A stretch of 64,000 nt of DNA from Opitutales bacterium (GCA_965197745.1 CBDANS010000007.1:2078215-2142214); one strand, 5' to 3'. Counted from the stretch's first letter, positions 19,255-30,375 are shown. Program-made: numbers and translations. Notes: generated by a model not told the origin, from the letters alone.

Positions 19255-19713
19255 ATGAAGCATCATCGAAAGATATCGGCATTTACTTTGATCGAAATTT
19301 TGATAGTTATCGCGATCCTCGGGTTATTAATTTCGCTTTCGATACCCGCATTCAAACGGGTAAATATGTCCTCTGAAAACTCTCGTATCGTTAACGATTA
19401 TACGATCTATGCCGAAGCCTTCAAACGCTACGCTAAAGAAAACGGGAGCTATCCGCCCGATGGCGGTTTCATACCAATTCCCACCGGAATGGAAACCTAT
19501 TTACCTTCCGATTGGACGCAATCACCGGTAGGTGGACAATGGTTATGGGATCATAATCAATGGGGTATTAAAGCGGGCGTTGCTCTTCGACTGCCAAATG
19601 TCGGAATTAAACAAATGAAAATGGTTGATTCACTTATTGACGATGGCGATCTTAGCCATGGAAACTTTCGGCGAATAATCTGGGATCGCTATACGCTAGT
19701 TATAGAAGAATAA
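19255..19713 (+). CDS. Prepilin-type N-terminal cleavage/methylation protein (pilin/pseudopilin)
   Basis: AFTLIEILIVIAILGLL motif with Glu5; IDDGD C-terminal motif. Confidence 0.88.
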   Translation: MKHHRKISAFTLIEILIVIAILGLLISLSIPAFKRVNMSSENSRIVNDYTIYAEAFKRYAKENGSYPPDGGFIPIPTGMETYLPSDWTQSPVGGQWLWDHNQWGIKAGVALRLPNVGIKQMKMVDSLIDDGDLSHGNFRRIIWDRYTLVIEE

Positions 19714-20075
19714 GGTTTAATCTTCGCGGTGATTGCATCGCAGTATTTATTAATTCTCCCCTATTTACACTCTCTCCTGGATCTGCTTCCCATGAGAACT
19801 TTCCCCGAGCGGGAAAATAAAGACCGGGCAACAATCTATATTAAAAGTAATTAATCTTTCCAATAGCGTTGCATTTCGAGGAAGGTAAATGAGGCTGACC
19901 AGGTTAGCCCACGCAGCACTTCGTAGTGAATGAGTATACAAAACACAACGATGACCCTCGCGTTACTTACAAAAACCCTTGCCCAAACGCATATTACTTG
20001 TTGAGTTGGTGCCTTGAGTCTAAATGAAGCAGGCGCCAACAGTCACAATCTTATACCACTAATATTTATTTAACG

Positions 20076-20966
20076 ATGAGTAAAGATGCAGTCATTGGTT
20101 TTATCGGAACAGGAGTGATGGGCAGCAGTATGGCCGGTCATATATTAAAAGCAGGTTACACCCTACAGGTCTATAATCGATCGAAAGAACGCGCTCAATC
20201 TCTCCTCGATGATGGAGCACAATGGCAGGATACCGTCGCTGGTGTCGCCAGTAATTCAGACATAATAATCACGATAGTAGGGTTTCCACATGATGTGGAG
20301 GAAGTCTATCTGGGGGCTGATGGAATTATTGCCCATGCTAAATCGGGCTCCCTATTGATCGACATGACGACTTCCCGGCCCAACCTCGCCAAGCAGATTG
20401 CCGATGATGCGGCTAAGAAAGACATAGCAAGTGTGGACGCTCCCGTCTCGGGCGGAGATCTCGGGGCAAGAGAAGCAAAACTTTCTATCATGGTGGGGGG
20501 TGAAAAAGCTGCGTTTGAGCGAGCAAAACCAGTATTGGATATAATGGGGAAAAATATTGTCCTTCAAGGACCCGCGGGTTCTGGACAGCACACAAAAATG
20601 TGCAATCAAATTGCCATTGCCCCATTGATGATAGGTGTCGTTGAAGCGATGGAATACGCTAAACAGTCCGGGCTCGAACCCTTTACCGTCCTTAAAAGTA
20701 TCGAGAGTGGAGCAGCCGGGAGCTGGTCCTTAAGCAACATTGCCCCCCGGGCCCTTAAAGAGGATTTTGCTCCGGGTTTTTATGTTAAACATTTCATTAA
20801 AGACATGGGTATCGCTCTCGATTCGGCGAGAGAGATGAATCTTGATCTTCCCGGCCTTTCGCTCGCTAAAAAACTTTATGACAAACTGGCGGAATTAGGT
20901 TTTGAAAACGACGGCACGCAAGCGCTCTTCCGAATATACACTGCGAGTGAGCAAACGATTGCCTAG
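20076..20966 (+). CDS. NAD(P)-dependent beta-hydroxyacid dehydrogenase (tartronate semialdehyde reductase-like)
   Basis: GFIGTGVMG, DAPVSGG, GQHTKMCNQ, FIKDMGIA. Confidence 0.92.
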   Translation: MSKDAVIGFIGTGVMGSSMAGHILKAGYTLQVYNRSKERAQSLLDDGAQWQDTVAGVASNSDIIITIVGFPHDVEEVYLGADGIIAHAKSGSLLIDMTTSRPNLAKQIADDAAKKDIASVDAPVSGGDLGAREAKLSIMVGGEKAAFERAKPVLDIMGKNIVLQGPAGSGQHTKMCNQIAIAPLMIGVVEAMEYAKQSGLEPFTVLKSIESGAAGSWSLSNIAPRALKEDFAPGFYVKHFIKDMGIALDSAREMNLDLPGLSLAKKLYDKLAELGFENDGTQALFRIYTASEQTIA

Positions 20967-20981
20967 TTTTATAACTTGAAA

Positions 20982-21160
20982 TTGTCATTGCGAGGCTGTT
21001 TGTCAGCCGCGGCTACCGAGCACAACGACATCTTCCATTCCAGGCGAATCTCCATTGCGTGAAATGAATCTATGGATGTTAAGATGTACGTTCCACGCTC
21101 GAATATTATTCATTTGAATGATCTTACTGTGCTCAGGCTGCGCACCTTGCCTGACGGATA
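20982..21160. repeat. Degenerate REP-like palindromes between convergent genes
   Basis: TGTCATTGCGAGGCTG-ttt-gtCAGCCGCGGC at 20982; TCAGGC-N10-GCCTGA hairpin near 21133. Confidence 0.45.
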
Positions 21161-21187
21161 TAAACCTACATCCCACGATTGCGGTTT

Positions 21188-22246
21188 TCATCCATTATCG
21201 ACAATCGATAATTCCAAGGAATAAGAACGGCTTCCTCCCGGCTCGAGCTGGGGCAGATTGCCATGGTTGCGAGCATCCACTCTGCCCATTATACCCTCGG
21301 TGTTAGCCGGTTCAATACCGGTAACGTAGGCTCCTTCCCTCATCATCTTCCACTGATAGAGTGCTGGCAATTGAGACTTTTTATAGGCAAGCCTCACGCT
21401 AAGTCCTAAATCGGGATTTGCCAATTCTACTTTGACCATTCCAACGCTGTCCGCTTTCAAATCGTGCATAAATACCTGTTCAGTATAACCGGCTGTGGGA
21501 GCTTGAAATTTATTCCATTGATCAATGCCCGCTGCTGCATTTTCATCGCGTCCTTCTGTATTATTAGATTCCAATTTCAGTTGAGAATTCTCTGAGACCA
21601 GGGGGAACCCAAAATTACAATGATACAATATCATATGCGGGTTGGCATTAAATCCTTCGTTAGTAACCGTATCGTTTAGATGAATTGTGTTTGATCCGAG
21701 CCGGGTGCTGATTTTTCGTCGAAGGACGAGATTTTCTCCAAAAAAACTCACCTGTCTCACTTCACCCGTAATTTCAAGCAGGTAGTCGTCACCCACCCAT
21801 TCACTGCGATGTCCCACTGAAGATGCGGGAATATTGCCAACACGACCGTGAAGTCCAAATTCTACTCCTCCTTCAAATCCAAATTCTGCATCTTCGTCGA
21901 TACATGGCATTCCAAACTGGTCAAGACCACAGGTGGCTACGAGACCTCCTTGAAAAGAGCGAAGAAAGCCAAATCCTTTTGCTTCAAAATAACTCGGGTG
22001 GACTTCACCGCTGGGAGCTGCCCAGGCTATCGGTATCCCTTTGTAATGGCAGGCCGTAATATCCAATGATTTTTCCACCACAATATTAAAACTTAACCCG
22101 GTTCCCGTCCACACATGAATAACTCTGTTTCCTCGCTCGGTCCCATCGGTAGACTCCATGGCTTTTATCCCGGCGACCTGGTTAATATTTCCCACGCGTC
22201 GCAGGATCTCATCTTTGTTTAATACGCATCCGTACAATTCTGCCAT
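21188..22246 (-). CDS. Aldose 1-epimerase-like protein (DUF4432)
   Basis: GFLRSFQGGLVATCGL, GLHGR, MILYHCNFGFPL, YVTGIEP. Confidence 0.88.
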   Translation of the reverse strand: MAELYGCVLNKDEILRRVGNINQVAGIKAMESTDGTERGNRVIHVWTGTGLSFNIVVEKSLDITACHYKGIPIAWAAPSGEVHPSYFEAKGFGFLRSFQGGLVATCGLDQFGMPCIDEDAEFGFEGGVEFGLHGRVGNIPASSVGHRSEWVGDDYLLEITGEVRQVSFFGENLVLRRKISTRLGSNTIHLNDTVTNEGFNANPHMILYHCNFGFPLVSENSQLKLESNNTEGRDENAAAGIDQWNKFQAPTAGYTEQVFMHDLKADSVGMVKVELANPDLGLSVRLAYKKSQLPALYQWKMMREGAYVTGIEPANTEGIMGRVDARNHGNLPQLEPGGSRSYSLELSIVDNG

Positions 22247-22283
22247 AATTTTCTCCCCAATAGTTATTCAATCACTCGTAAAA

Positions 22284-23669
22284 TCAGCTGTTATTCCCTA
22301 TACCGATTCCGAATACTTCGAAACCGATGGAGCGAAGATTCTTCAGATCGAGAATATTCCGTCCATCAAAGATAAAGGCGGGCTTAAGCATGACCTGGTA
22401 GATTCGCTTAAAATCCAGATCTTTAAACTCTTCCCATTCAGTGAGAACCGCTATAGCGTGGGCGCCTTCCGCAGCCTCATAAGCATTAATCGCGGTTTTG
22501 AGCAGAGCGTGCTCGTTCGTCTCAGGTGTCGGGGGTTTTAATTTGAGGTCCGCATAAATTTTCTCCGGAGCCACTTTGGGATCATATACACAGATATGGG
22601 CTTGTTCTGCCAATAGATCGCGACAAACCGTGATGGCCGCTGATTCCCGTGTGTCATTAGTATCTTTCTTAAAAGCAAAACCGAATATCGCTATACGTTT
22701 TCCCGCAACCGAGTTAAAAAGTGACTTTACGATTCGCTGGGTGAATCGTCGTTTTTGATAGTCATTCATGGTTACTACCTGCTCCCAGTAAGCGGCTACT
22801 TCAATAAGGCCAAAATGCTCACACAAATAAACCAGGTTGAGGATATCTTTTTGAAAACAGGATCCGCCAAACCCGACAGATGATTTTAGAAACTTCGGTC
22901 CGATGCGAGAATCCAAACCTATAGCCAGCGCTACTTCGTCAATATCAGCACCTGTTGATTCACAGAGTGCAGATATCGAATTAATGGAGGATATGCGTTG
23001 AGCAAGGAAAGCATTGGCCGCAAGCTTGGATAATTCCGAAGACCAGATATTGGTCGTGATAATCTTTTCTCGCGGCACCCAGGTAGAATAAATATCGGCA
23101 ATGGCTTTAACCGCCTTATCTCCCGCCGGCGTTCGTTCACCTCCTATGAGGACACGATCAGGATTATCGAGATCAGTGATTGCCGTGCCTTCAGCTAAAA
23201 ACTCCGGATTGGATACCACTTGAAAATCAACTCCATTTTTATTGGCGTCCAGTATCCGCTTAATCGACTCTGCGGTGCGCACCGGGAGCGTGGATTTTTC
23301 GACCACTATTTTACCCGATTTTGCTACTTCCGCTATTTGACGGGAACTCTTCTCAATAAATTTAAGATCCGCGGCGCGCCCTGCGCCCATTCCATAAGTC
23401 TTGGTCGGCGTGGGAAGACACATAAATATGATGTCCGCACTATGAATTCCTTTTTCAATTTCTGACGAAAAAAATAAATTTTTTCCCCGTGCCTGTCTGA
23501 CAATTTCGTTTAATCCCGGTTCGAATACGGGTAATGATTCAGAGTTCCAGGCATCTATACGCTCCTTGTCGAGATCGACAACAGTTATATTCAGATGAGG
23601 ACATTTACCTGCAATAACGGCCATCGTCGGACCGCCTACATATCCGGCTCCAATACAACATATGTTCAT
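22284..23669 (-). CDS. ugd: UDP-glucose 6-dehydrogenase
   Basis: [50 protein letters not shown]; start ATG 23669. Confidence 0.96.
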   Translation of the reverse strand: MNICCIGAGYVGGPTMAVIAGKCPHLNITVVDLDKERIDAWNSESLPVFEPGLNEIVRQARGKNLFFSSEIEKGIHSADIIFMCLPTPTKTYGMGAGRAADLKFIEKSSRQIAEVAKSGKIVVEKSTLPVRTAESIKRILDANKNGVDFQVVSNPEFLAEGTAITDLDNPDRVLIGGERTPAGDKAVKAIADIYSTWVPREKIITTNIWSSELSKLAANAFLAQRISSINSISALCESTGADIDEVALAIGLDSRIGPKFLKSSVGFGGSCFQKDILNLVYLCEHFGLIEVAAYWEQVVTMNDYQKRRFTQRIVKSLFNSVAGKRIAIFGFAFKKDTNDTRESAAITVCRDLLAEQAHICVYDPKVAPEKIYADLKLKPPTPETNEHALLKTAINAYEAAEGAHAIAVLTEWEEFKDLDFKRIYQVMLKPAFIFDGRNILDLKNLRSIGFEVFGIGIGNNS

Positions 23670-23935
23670 ATACAGTTGATTCCTCTGATTTACGTTTGTT
23701 AACCACAGTAGTCTGCAATTGTCCAATTATGCAAATCCAGGCAAATTTTTTAAGCAAATATATTACCTGCTTCGATCTAAGCTATTTAATGATTAAATTT
23801 ATTTAAGGGGATTAGATTCCACGAACGATTTGGCAGTTTTGTCTGTAATTTACCATACTCGATTTAGCTATCAGAAATTGCCGTTTAAGACTATTGTCGT
23901 TTTTTCTTTCAACGGGACAGGAATCGCTGTTTGTA

Positions 23936-25210
23936 TTAGTTTTTAAATTCCTTCACTACCTCGACGAATCGTTTCACTGCCTCTTGCAATCGTTTGTCAT
24001 CAAGAGAACCTATACTTAGCCTTACATAAAAAGCTGGCGCATCGTCTGCAAAGCAAATACTGCCCGGCACATAGATCACCCCATGATCGACACAGGATTT
24101 ACAAAAGGCTGAATCGATATTTGTATTCATATCAATCGGTCCTTTAATCCAGCAGAGCAGTCCTCCTTCAGGGACTTCCCAATCCCAACCAAGATCGCGC
24201 AAACCACAATCATCCAACGAATCCTGCAACAACTTCATCTTACCTTTATAGTGTTTGCGAAGCCCCTCCAATACTTCAGAGTATAGATTATTACTTAAGA
24301 CCGATTCGATTATAGCCTGTGTAAAATTGGCGGTTCCAAAATCCTGGCACCCCTTCACTCGCTCCATCTTTTTCAACCACTCGCTATCAGAACAACAGGC
24401 AAAGCCGACTTTCAATCCGGTGGCAAATGGTTTAGTATAAGTGCCCGTGTATAAGCCGGGAATACCATCATATTCTGACAAACTGAGAATACTCCGTGCC
24501 GGATAAGGATCATTAAAATAAAGCTCTCGGTAGGCCGTATCTTCAATTACCGGAATCGTAATATCCAGATTTTGCAAAAAGCTTCCAAGCCGACATTTTT
24601 CATCTTCGCTTATGCAACGTGATGAAGGATTAGAGTAATAACTCATCAGATATATCGCTTTTATTTTTTCTCTTTCATCTGAGTTTGTAAATTGATTCAG
24701 CACTGCAGCAAAATCATCAAAATGAATACACCCGTCATCTCCTGTTGGAATAGATATGGCCCGCACCCCCAAACTTTTAAGCAACTCGAGAAAAACAAAA
24801 TAAGTAGGTCTTTCCACAAATACGATATCACCGGGATCACAAAGCACCTGGATGGCAAGGTAGAGCGCCTGTTGCGAACCATTAGTGATCAGCATATGAT
24901 CCGGCTTGAACCCCCTTTCATTCTCCCCGGGGTAAGTGGCGAGAAATTGACCCGTTTGTTCTCTCAACAGATAGCGACCCTGGTTTATTCCGTACTGTAA
25001 ATATTCTGCGTTAATCGTATTTCCGGGAAGTTCAGAAACCGTTTTATTCACTAATTCAACAGGAAGAACGCTGTTATCGGTAAAACCTGCAGCTAAAGAT
25101 AAAAGGTTCGGATTATTCAATTCCGTGACCATCAGTTGGGTAATAACAGGATCTGTTATTCGGCTACCTATTTGAGAATAGTCAATTTTCCTCACAGTTT
25201 GACTGTTCAT
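23936..25210 (-). CDS. PLP-dependent aminotransferase class I/II (2-aminoadipate transaminase-like)
   Basis: LSLAAG, ITNGSQQAL, YSNPS, IEDTAY, GTYTKPFATGLKVG; start ATG 25210. Confidence 0.9.
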   Translation of the reverse strand: MNSQTVRKIDYSQIGSRITDPVITQLMVTELNNPNLLSLAAGFTDNSVLPVELVNKTVSELPGNTINAEYLQYGINQGRYLLREQTGQFLATYPGENERGFKPDHMLITNGSQQALYLAIQVLCDPGDIVFVERPTYFVFLELLKSLGVRAISIPTGDDGCIHFDDFAAVLNQFTNSDEREKIKAIYLMSYYSNPSSRCISEDEKCRLGSFLQNLDITIPVIEDTAYRELYFNDPYPARSILSLSEYDGIPGLYTGTYTKPFATGLKVGFACCSDSEWLKKMERVKGCQDFGTANFTQAIIESVLSNNLYSEVLEGLRKHYKGKMKLLQDSLDDCGLRDLGWDWEVPEGGLLCWIKGPIDMNTNIDSAFCKSCVDHGVIYVPGSICFADDAPAFYVRLSIGSLDDKRLQEAVKRFVEVVKEFKN

Positions 25211-25318
25211 TTTAATAGATTCTTCGGATTTATCTTTTAAGGCAATATATATCCTGAATCGAAAAACCTGTTGCCAAAAGCTTAAGGTCAAATCAGGTTT
25301 ACTCAGTGATTAACAGGC

Positions 25319-26161
25319 ATGCAAAGCACCAAAAATAAACCTACCGCTGGGGTAATGGATACGTTTCTTTTCATACTGCGTTGTTTATTGATGGTCTATG
25401 TTGGATTAGGGCTTTTCGCGCTGCTCTTTTCGAATTGGATGATATTTCCAAAAAAGCAGTCTACCTATACTGATAATGACGATATATTTAAAATGCCCCT
25501 CGATAATGGAAAGAATATATCGTTAGTCTATCTCCCTAATGAAGAGGCCAAATACACTTTGCTTTACAGCCACGGTAATTATGAAGATCTCGGTGACCTA
25601 TATTCCTTATTAGTAAAATACCAGCAGTTTGGATTTGCCGTGCTTGCCTATGATTATCCTGGTTATGGAACGAGCGAAGGGCGGGCTACCGAAAAAAACA
25701 CTTACGCAGCTATAGGCGTGGCTTACGATTATCTCACTAACAAACTTAATATTGAACCGGGAAAAATTATTGCCATTGGTCGTTCAGTCGGTGGTGGTCC
25801 CGCTGTCGATCTTGCTTCCCGGAAACCACTGGGTGGACTCATTTTAGAGAGCACCTTTGTCACCGCTTTTCGTGTAATGACGAGAATTCCTATTCTCCCC
25901 TGGGATAAATTCAGCAACATCAGTAAAATCGAAGCGGTGCAATGTCCTGTTCTGCTTATTCATGGAACGGAGGACGAAGTAATATCATTCTGGCACAGTA
26001 AAGCTTTAATGGAAAAAGCCAACCAACCTAAACTCTATCTTTGGGTCGAAGGCGCTGAGCATAACAATGTGATAGATTTTGCAGGTAGAATCTATTGGGA
26101 TACATTGGATAAGTTTAGAATAGATGTAGAAAAGCATGAGCGAAATACACAAAATCTTTAA
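25319..26161 (+). CDS. Alpha/beta hydrolase (ABHD17-like)
   Basis: YSHGN, YDYPGYG, GRSVG nucleophile, HGTEDEVI, GAEHN. Confidence 0.9.
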   Translation: MQSTKNKPTAGVMDTFLFILRCLLMVYVGLGLFALLFSNWMIFPKKQSTYTDNDDIFKMPLDNGKNISLVYLPNEEAKYTLLYSHGNYEDLGDLYSLLVKYQQFGFAVLAYDYPGYGTSEGRATEKNTYAAIGVAYDYLTNKLNIEPGKIIAIGRSVGGGPAVDLASRKPLGGLILESTFVTAFRVMTRIPILPWDKFSNISKIEAVQCPVLLIHGTEDEVISFWHSKALMEKANQPKLYLWVEGAEHNNVIDFAGRIYWDTLDKFRIDVEKHERNTQNL

Positions 26162-26174
26162 TCCGCATTATCAC

Positions 26175-26744
26175 ATGAATAAATCCGCGCTTATACTGCT
26201 CGTTAATGGTTTTGAAGAAATAGAAGCCATCAGCCCTATCGATTTACTTCGCCGGGCAGGAGTCACCTGCACCGTTGCCTCAATTGAAGATAGCACCCTG
26301 GTCACGGGGCGAGATGGAATAACTTTACAGGCTGATATCCTTCTCAATTCTATTTTAGAGCAGAATTTCGACGCTTTAATTCTACCGGGAGGTCCCGGCC
26401 ATGAGCGTATGCGAAAAGACAAAAGAGTAATAGATTTAGTAAAAAAGCATGTTGCTCAAGGTCGGATAACAGGTGCCATTTGCGCCGCTCCGACCATACT
26501 CTATGAAGCGGGAACGCTTGAAGATAAAAAGTATACATCACACCCAAGCGTTATGGATGAACTGGCAGATGCTATAACCGATCAAGCGGTAGTAATAGAT
26601 GGTGAAATAATCACTTCTCGGGGAGCCGGTACCGCGACAGCATTTGCTTTAGCCCTTGTCTCCCGGCTCACGGGTAGTGATAAAGCTAAGGAAATTGCCG
26701 ACAGTATATGTTACGATTCTCAGGAGGGGTTGGCATTGAGGTAA
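26175..26744 (+). CDS. DJ-1/PfpI (YajL/ThiJ) family protein
   Basis: GFEEIEA, LPGG, AICAAP, TSRGAGT. Confidence 0.92.
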   Translation: MNKSALILLVNGFEEIEAISPIDLLRRAGVTCTVASIEDSTLVTGRDGITLQADILLNSILEQNFDALILPGGPGHERMRKDKRVIDLVKKHVAQGRITGAICAAPTILYEAGTLEDKKYTSHPSVMDELADAITDQAVVIDGEIITSRGAGTATAFALALVSRLTGSDKAKEIADSICYDSQEGLALR

Positions 26745-26774
26745 TCACTATTCTTCTTATTCACACATCTAATT

Positions 26775-26958
26775 GTCCACGACGGAGCGTGGCCCTCCCC
26801 ATTTATTTCAGGAGGTAAGTGTTTTATTGAATTTCTAGAGGGACGCACTCCGTTGCGTCCGTGAATTATCCATTATGTTATAATCTACCTCGGTTATAAT
26901 GGATAAATAGGATCATGGTTAAACCCGAATTTTAAAGCGCCCACGCTTCGTGTGGCTG
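26775..26958. repeat. Cluster of three REP-like palindromes
   Basis: GTCCACGACGGAGCGTGGCCCTCCC (26775) and inverted GAGGGACGCACTCCGTTGCGTCC (26838); degenerate CCACGCTTCGTGTGG (26941). Confidence 0.65.
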
Positions 26959-27072
26959 TGATACGGATTGATGAAAGAACTGAAAAATGATTTCTTGATG
27001 TTTAATTATGAACGCTGAATGTCGAAATTAAGCCAAATATATTTTTGGCTTAGAATCATTCCCCAAGAGAAA

Positions 27073-28410
27073 TTAAGGTCTACGCAAGGGGCGGAACCGA
27101 TAATCATCACTATAAGAAGGTACCGTTTTACTCTTGAGAATCTCATTGCGAGCAGTATCTGACAAGTCACTGGACTCTAACCAGGCTTGAGCTGATTCCG
27201 GGTCCTGTTGCATCCAGTATTGTCCTAAAACCGTTAAACTTTCCTCACGCCTCTGGGGGTCATAGATCGACTGTGCCCATGAAATAGCCGTTTCAGGGTT
27301 ATCTGAAACAACGTTTCTTGCAAAGGCATCTATCGCTGGGTCGAGACTCGGTTCCGCAGGAATATTATTGAGCCATTCACCTGCAGCACTGGGATCATCA
27401 GCGGACCACCGGCTTACAAGAGCATGCATTCCGCGTTCGCGACTTTCACCATCAGGCAACCTGTTAACCCATTCTGCAGCCGCCAGCGGATCTTCGCGCG
27501 CCCAAATTGCGGTAACAGCCCCAACGGCACGCTCACTATAGTCTTCATTCACATACTGTTCAACCCAAGTCGCTGCAGCAGATGGATCCCTGCTTGCCCA
27601 TTGTCGAGATACACTACTGAATGCGTTTTCTTTTATATCACTATCTCTGACCGACTCAGCCCACTGCACAGCATCACCAATTCCATTTTGCATATATCCA
27701 GAAGCAATTATTCCTATCGCGCGATCTCTTTCACGACCGGGGGGCAACGATTCAACGAAATCCGCGGATGCATCCGGGTCAATTTTTGTCCACCCCGAAA
27801 CAACTCCGAAAAGATAAGAATTTCGTCCCTCGTCAATCGCCTGTTCCTCACTCCAGGCAAGAGCTGCCAATGGGTCCTTACTGGCCCAACTTGATATCGC
27901 GGTGTTAGCTGCCCATCTTTTCCCCGGGCCTGATAATTCATGGGTAGCATAATTGACAGCGGCAGGTCCATCAAATGCACCCCAGGCATGCATCAGAAGA
28001 TTTATCTGACGCATTCGCATTTGCCCGGGCGTCATATCTTCTAATATGGATACGGCTTCCCTTACATTATGCTCATTTAAACCGACCATAGCTTGAGCCA
28101 TTTTCAGCATCTGCTTAATCGGATCTGATTCGCCAATAGCTTCTCGCAATAAATCCTGCACGCTTCCCGAGTAATTTAAATCCAGGTTCTCGCTTAAATT
28201 ACGATTTATTGAATCATCCCCCATCCCCCTTTTCACGCTATTCCTCGATTCAGCAGAAATATCCTTCCTGCTTTCCGCCACTTCTATGAGAGCATCATCA
28301 GTCGAAGAGACTATCCACCCCGCGAGAAAAGCGGCGCCTAAAGAAACGGCCCCCATAATCACAAAGAAGACCGTTTTCTTCAGGGTCATGAGAATCACCC
28401 ATTGCTTCAT
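27073..28410 (-). CDS. Membrane-anchored alpha-helical repeat protein (WxxxDPxAAxxW repeats)
   Basis: N-terminal TM helix and about 8 repeats, e.g. WASKDPLAALAW, WASRDPSAAATW, WAREDPLAAAEW. Confidence 0.8.
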   Translation of the reverse strand: MKQWVILMTLKKTVFFVIMGAVSLGAAFLAGWIVSSTDDALIEVAESRKDISAESRNSVKRGMGDDSINRNLSENLDLNYSGSVQDLLREAIGESDPIKQMLKMAQAMVGLNEHNVREAVSILEDMTPGQMRMRQINLLMHAWGAFDGPAAVNYATHELSGPGKRWAANTAISSWASKDPLAALAWSEEQAIDEGRNSYLFGVVSGWTKIDPDASADFVESLPPGRERDRAIGIIASGYMQNGIGDAVQWAESVRDSDIKENAFSSVSRQWASRDPSAAATWVEQYVNEDYSERAVGAVTAIWAREDPLAAAEWVNRLPDGESRERGMHALVSRWSADDPSAAGEWLNNIPAEPSLDPAIDAFARNVVSDNPETAISWAQSIYDPQRREESLTVLGQYWMQQDPESAQAWLESSDLSDTARNEILKSKTVPSYSDDYRFRPLRRP

Positions 28411-28465
28411 TGTTAAGTATAACCGTCTAAATCGCCATTGGTTTCATTCGGAGCAAAAATTAATT

Positions 28466-29683
28466 CTAGTCAACCGCTGAAACATAGGCTGGCTGAGAGG
28501 CATTCCCAAAATCTTCTGGGCTGAGTGGCTGTGCTTTACCCGTCTCCGTATCGATAATCATCAGCCGCTGATATTTACTTGTTCTGGCCGTGTAAATAAG
28601 ATGCCTTCCATCCTTCGTCCAACAGGGTTCAACGGCATCTCCCCGCCCGCTTGTCAACCAGCGGCTGCCTTGTTTTTCAAAATCATAGAGAGCAATCTCA
28701 AACTCTTTTCCCACTGCAGCCGTAAATACAAGAATATTAGCGTGCCTGGGGTTCCAGGTGGGTTCAGTACAATTACCACTATTGTTGGTCGGAATTCGCC
28801 GGGGATTTCCTCCTCTTCTCGACATCTCAAATAGTTGCGGTTTTCCGAGCCGATTGGATGTAAAGGCAATCCGCTCACCGTCCGGTGACCAGGTGGGATC
28901 TGCTTCCACTGCCGGATTGCGGGTGAGACGCCTGAGATTACGGCCCAGAGTATTGCTAATATAAATTTCCGAGTTTCCCGTTCCGGATAAGACCATCGCT
29001 ACTTCACTTCCTCTCGGATTAAATGTAGCGCCAGTATTGATTCCTTTAAAACTGGCGAAGGTACTGCGTTCCAGGGTATTCAGATCGATAGCGTAAATAT
29101 CCGGAAAACCGTTGCGGTAATAACTGGTATAATAGATTTTTCTCCCATCAGGTGACCAATGAGGGAGCACTGAATGCGTTCGATCATGGGTGATTTGACG
29201 AACCTGCCCAAAGAACAAATCAGATACATATATTTCTCTGTGCCCGGACCTGTTTCCAACGAATGCAATATTTCCAGCAAAAAAACCTGGAATACCGAGC
29301 GTTTTAAGAACCACCAGATCAGCCGCAAGCAGAGTGGCTTCTCTTCGATTTGCCCCAGTTACCAATTGCGTAAATTGCGCTTTTAATGGATTACCACTTT
29401 CTATCGAGACCTGAATACTTTGCGGTCCTTTGGGCGTAAAACGAAAAGTGAAAACACTATTCCCCTGAGATTTTATGGCATAGGCACCATGCAAACTGAA
29501 ACCTCGAACAACAAGGTTAAGTATTTCTCTATCAGAAGAAATGAGAGATATATTTTTTACTTTTTTGTTACTCAGACGGACTATTTCTCCCATATCTATT
29601 GCACGTGATTGCCCTTTCAATAGCGCAAGCGGCCACCAAAGAAGTAAAGGGAGCATAAAATAGAAATAATAATTGCGCGTCAT
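28466..29683 (-). CDS. tolB: TolB-like protein (PD40 beta-propeller)
   Basis: Signal peptide; PHWSPDG, PTWSPDGERIAFTS, PTWNP and PCWTKDG repeats. Confidence 0.85.
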   Translation of the reverse strand: MTRNYYFYFMLPLLLWWPLALLKGQSRAIDMGEIVRLSNKKVKNISLISSDREILNLVVRGFSLHGAYAIKSQGNSVFTFRFTPKGPQSIQVSIESGNPLKAQFTQLVTGANRREATLLAADLVVLKTLGIPGFFAGNIAFVGNRSGHREIYVSDLFFGQVRQITHDRTHSVLPHWSPDGRKIYYTSYYRNGFPDIYAIDLNTLERSTFASFKGINTGATFNPRGSEVAMVLSGTGNSEIYISNTLGRNLRRLTRNPAVEADPTWSPDGERIAFTSNRLGKPQLFEMSRRGGNPRRIPTNNSGNCTEPTWNPRHANILVFTAAVGKEFEIALYDFEKQGSRWLTSGRGDAVEPCWTKDGRHLIYTARTSKYQRLMIIDTETGKAQPLSPEDFGNASQPAYVSAVD

Positions 29684-29800
29684 TGTTGAAAATTCGTGAT
29701 ATAAAAATTCTAGTGTTGATTGAAAATAATTAACGGCAGCATTTTATCGTCTACTTCATTTTATCAAAGCACGCCATCATATTTTTACGCGATTGTAAAG

Positions 29801-29830
29801 TTGACACGTGTATAAGGGGTTATCTATCAT
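29801..29830 (+). promoter_or_regulatory. Inward sigma70 promoter in the left TIR
   Basis: TTGACA-N18-TATCAT. Confidence 0.6.
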
Positions 29831-29908
29831 GTTTGAATGCGTAGAAGGGCACAGTTGTTTTTCATCTGGGTTGGAGAGGTGTTTGTTGGTTTAATTGTGG
29901 ATTTTTTT

Positions 29909-30349
29909 ATGGAAGACAAGTATAACCTGATTATATATATTTTCGTGGCTATTATTGCAATAGGGGCGGCTATTTGCCTCTCCTTGCCTGAAATAATAGC
30001 TTGGCTTTCTGGTAGGACGTCATTCAAAACGGCTGCCAAAAGCTTTATTAAAGCACCATCTACTCATACATGGATGCCAGAAAGCGAAATACTAAAAATT
30101 ATCCGAAAATCATCTGCTGTCATGAAAAACAGCCCTCGGAGAAATCAACCAGCTAGGACTATGCATGATACATTCATGTCACCGTTCATAGCTGGTCCAA
30201 GTGGGGAAACACAATACATACGTCAGCATGAAAAGGATGCATCCAAAGGAATTTTATATAATATTGTTGAAAAGCATCCGTCCGCTAAAAATGGAGACAA
30301 GTTCAGCAAAGAAATTATTGAATTTGAGCTATACCAAATGGTGCTCTAG
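29909..30349 (+). CDS. IS passenger: hypothetical protein with N-terminal TM helix
   Basis: ATG 29909, hydrophobic LIIYIFVAIIAIGAAICLSL; lies inside the TIRs; start uncertain (ORF open from 29837). Confidence 0.6.
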   Translation: MEDKYNLIIYIFVAIIAIGAAICLSLPEIIAWLSGRTSFKTAAKSFIKAPSTHTWMPESEILKIIRKSSAVMKNSPRRNQPARTMHDTFMSPFIAGPSGETQYIRQHEKDASKGILYNIVEKHPSAKNGDKFSKEIIEFELYQMVL

Positions 30350-30375
30350 GCATAACGGGAGAGGAAATCTTTATT

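Noticed and set aside
21850..21890. Small duplication EFGFEGGVEFGL in the DUF4432 gene
   Set aside because: In-frame loop micro-duplication of little apparent significance
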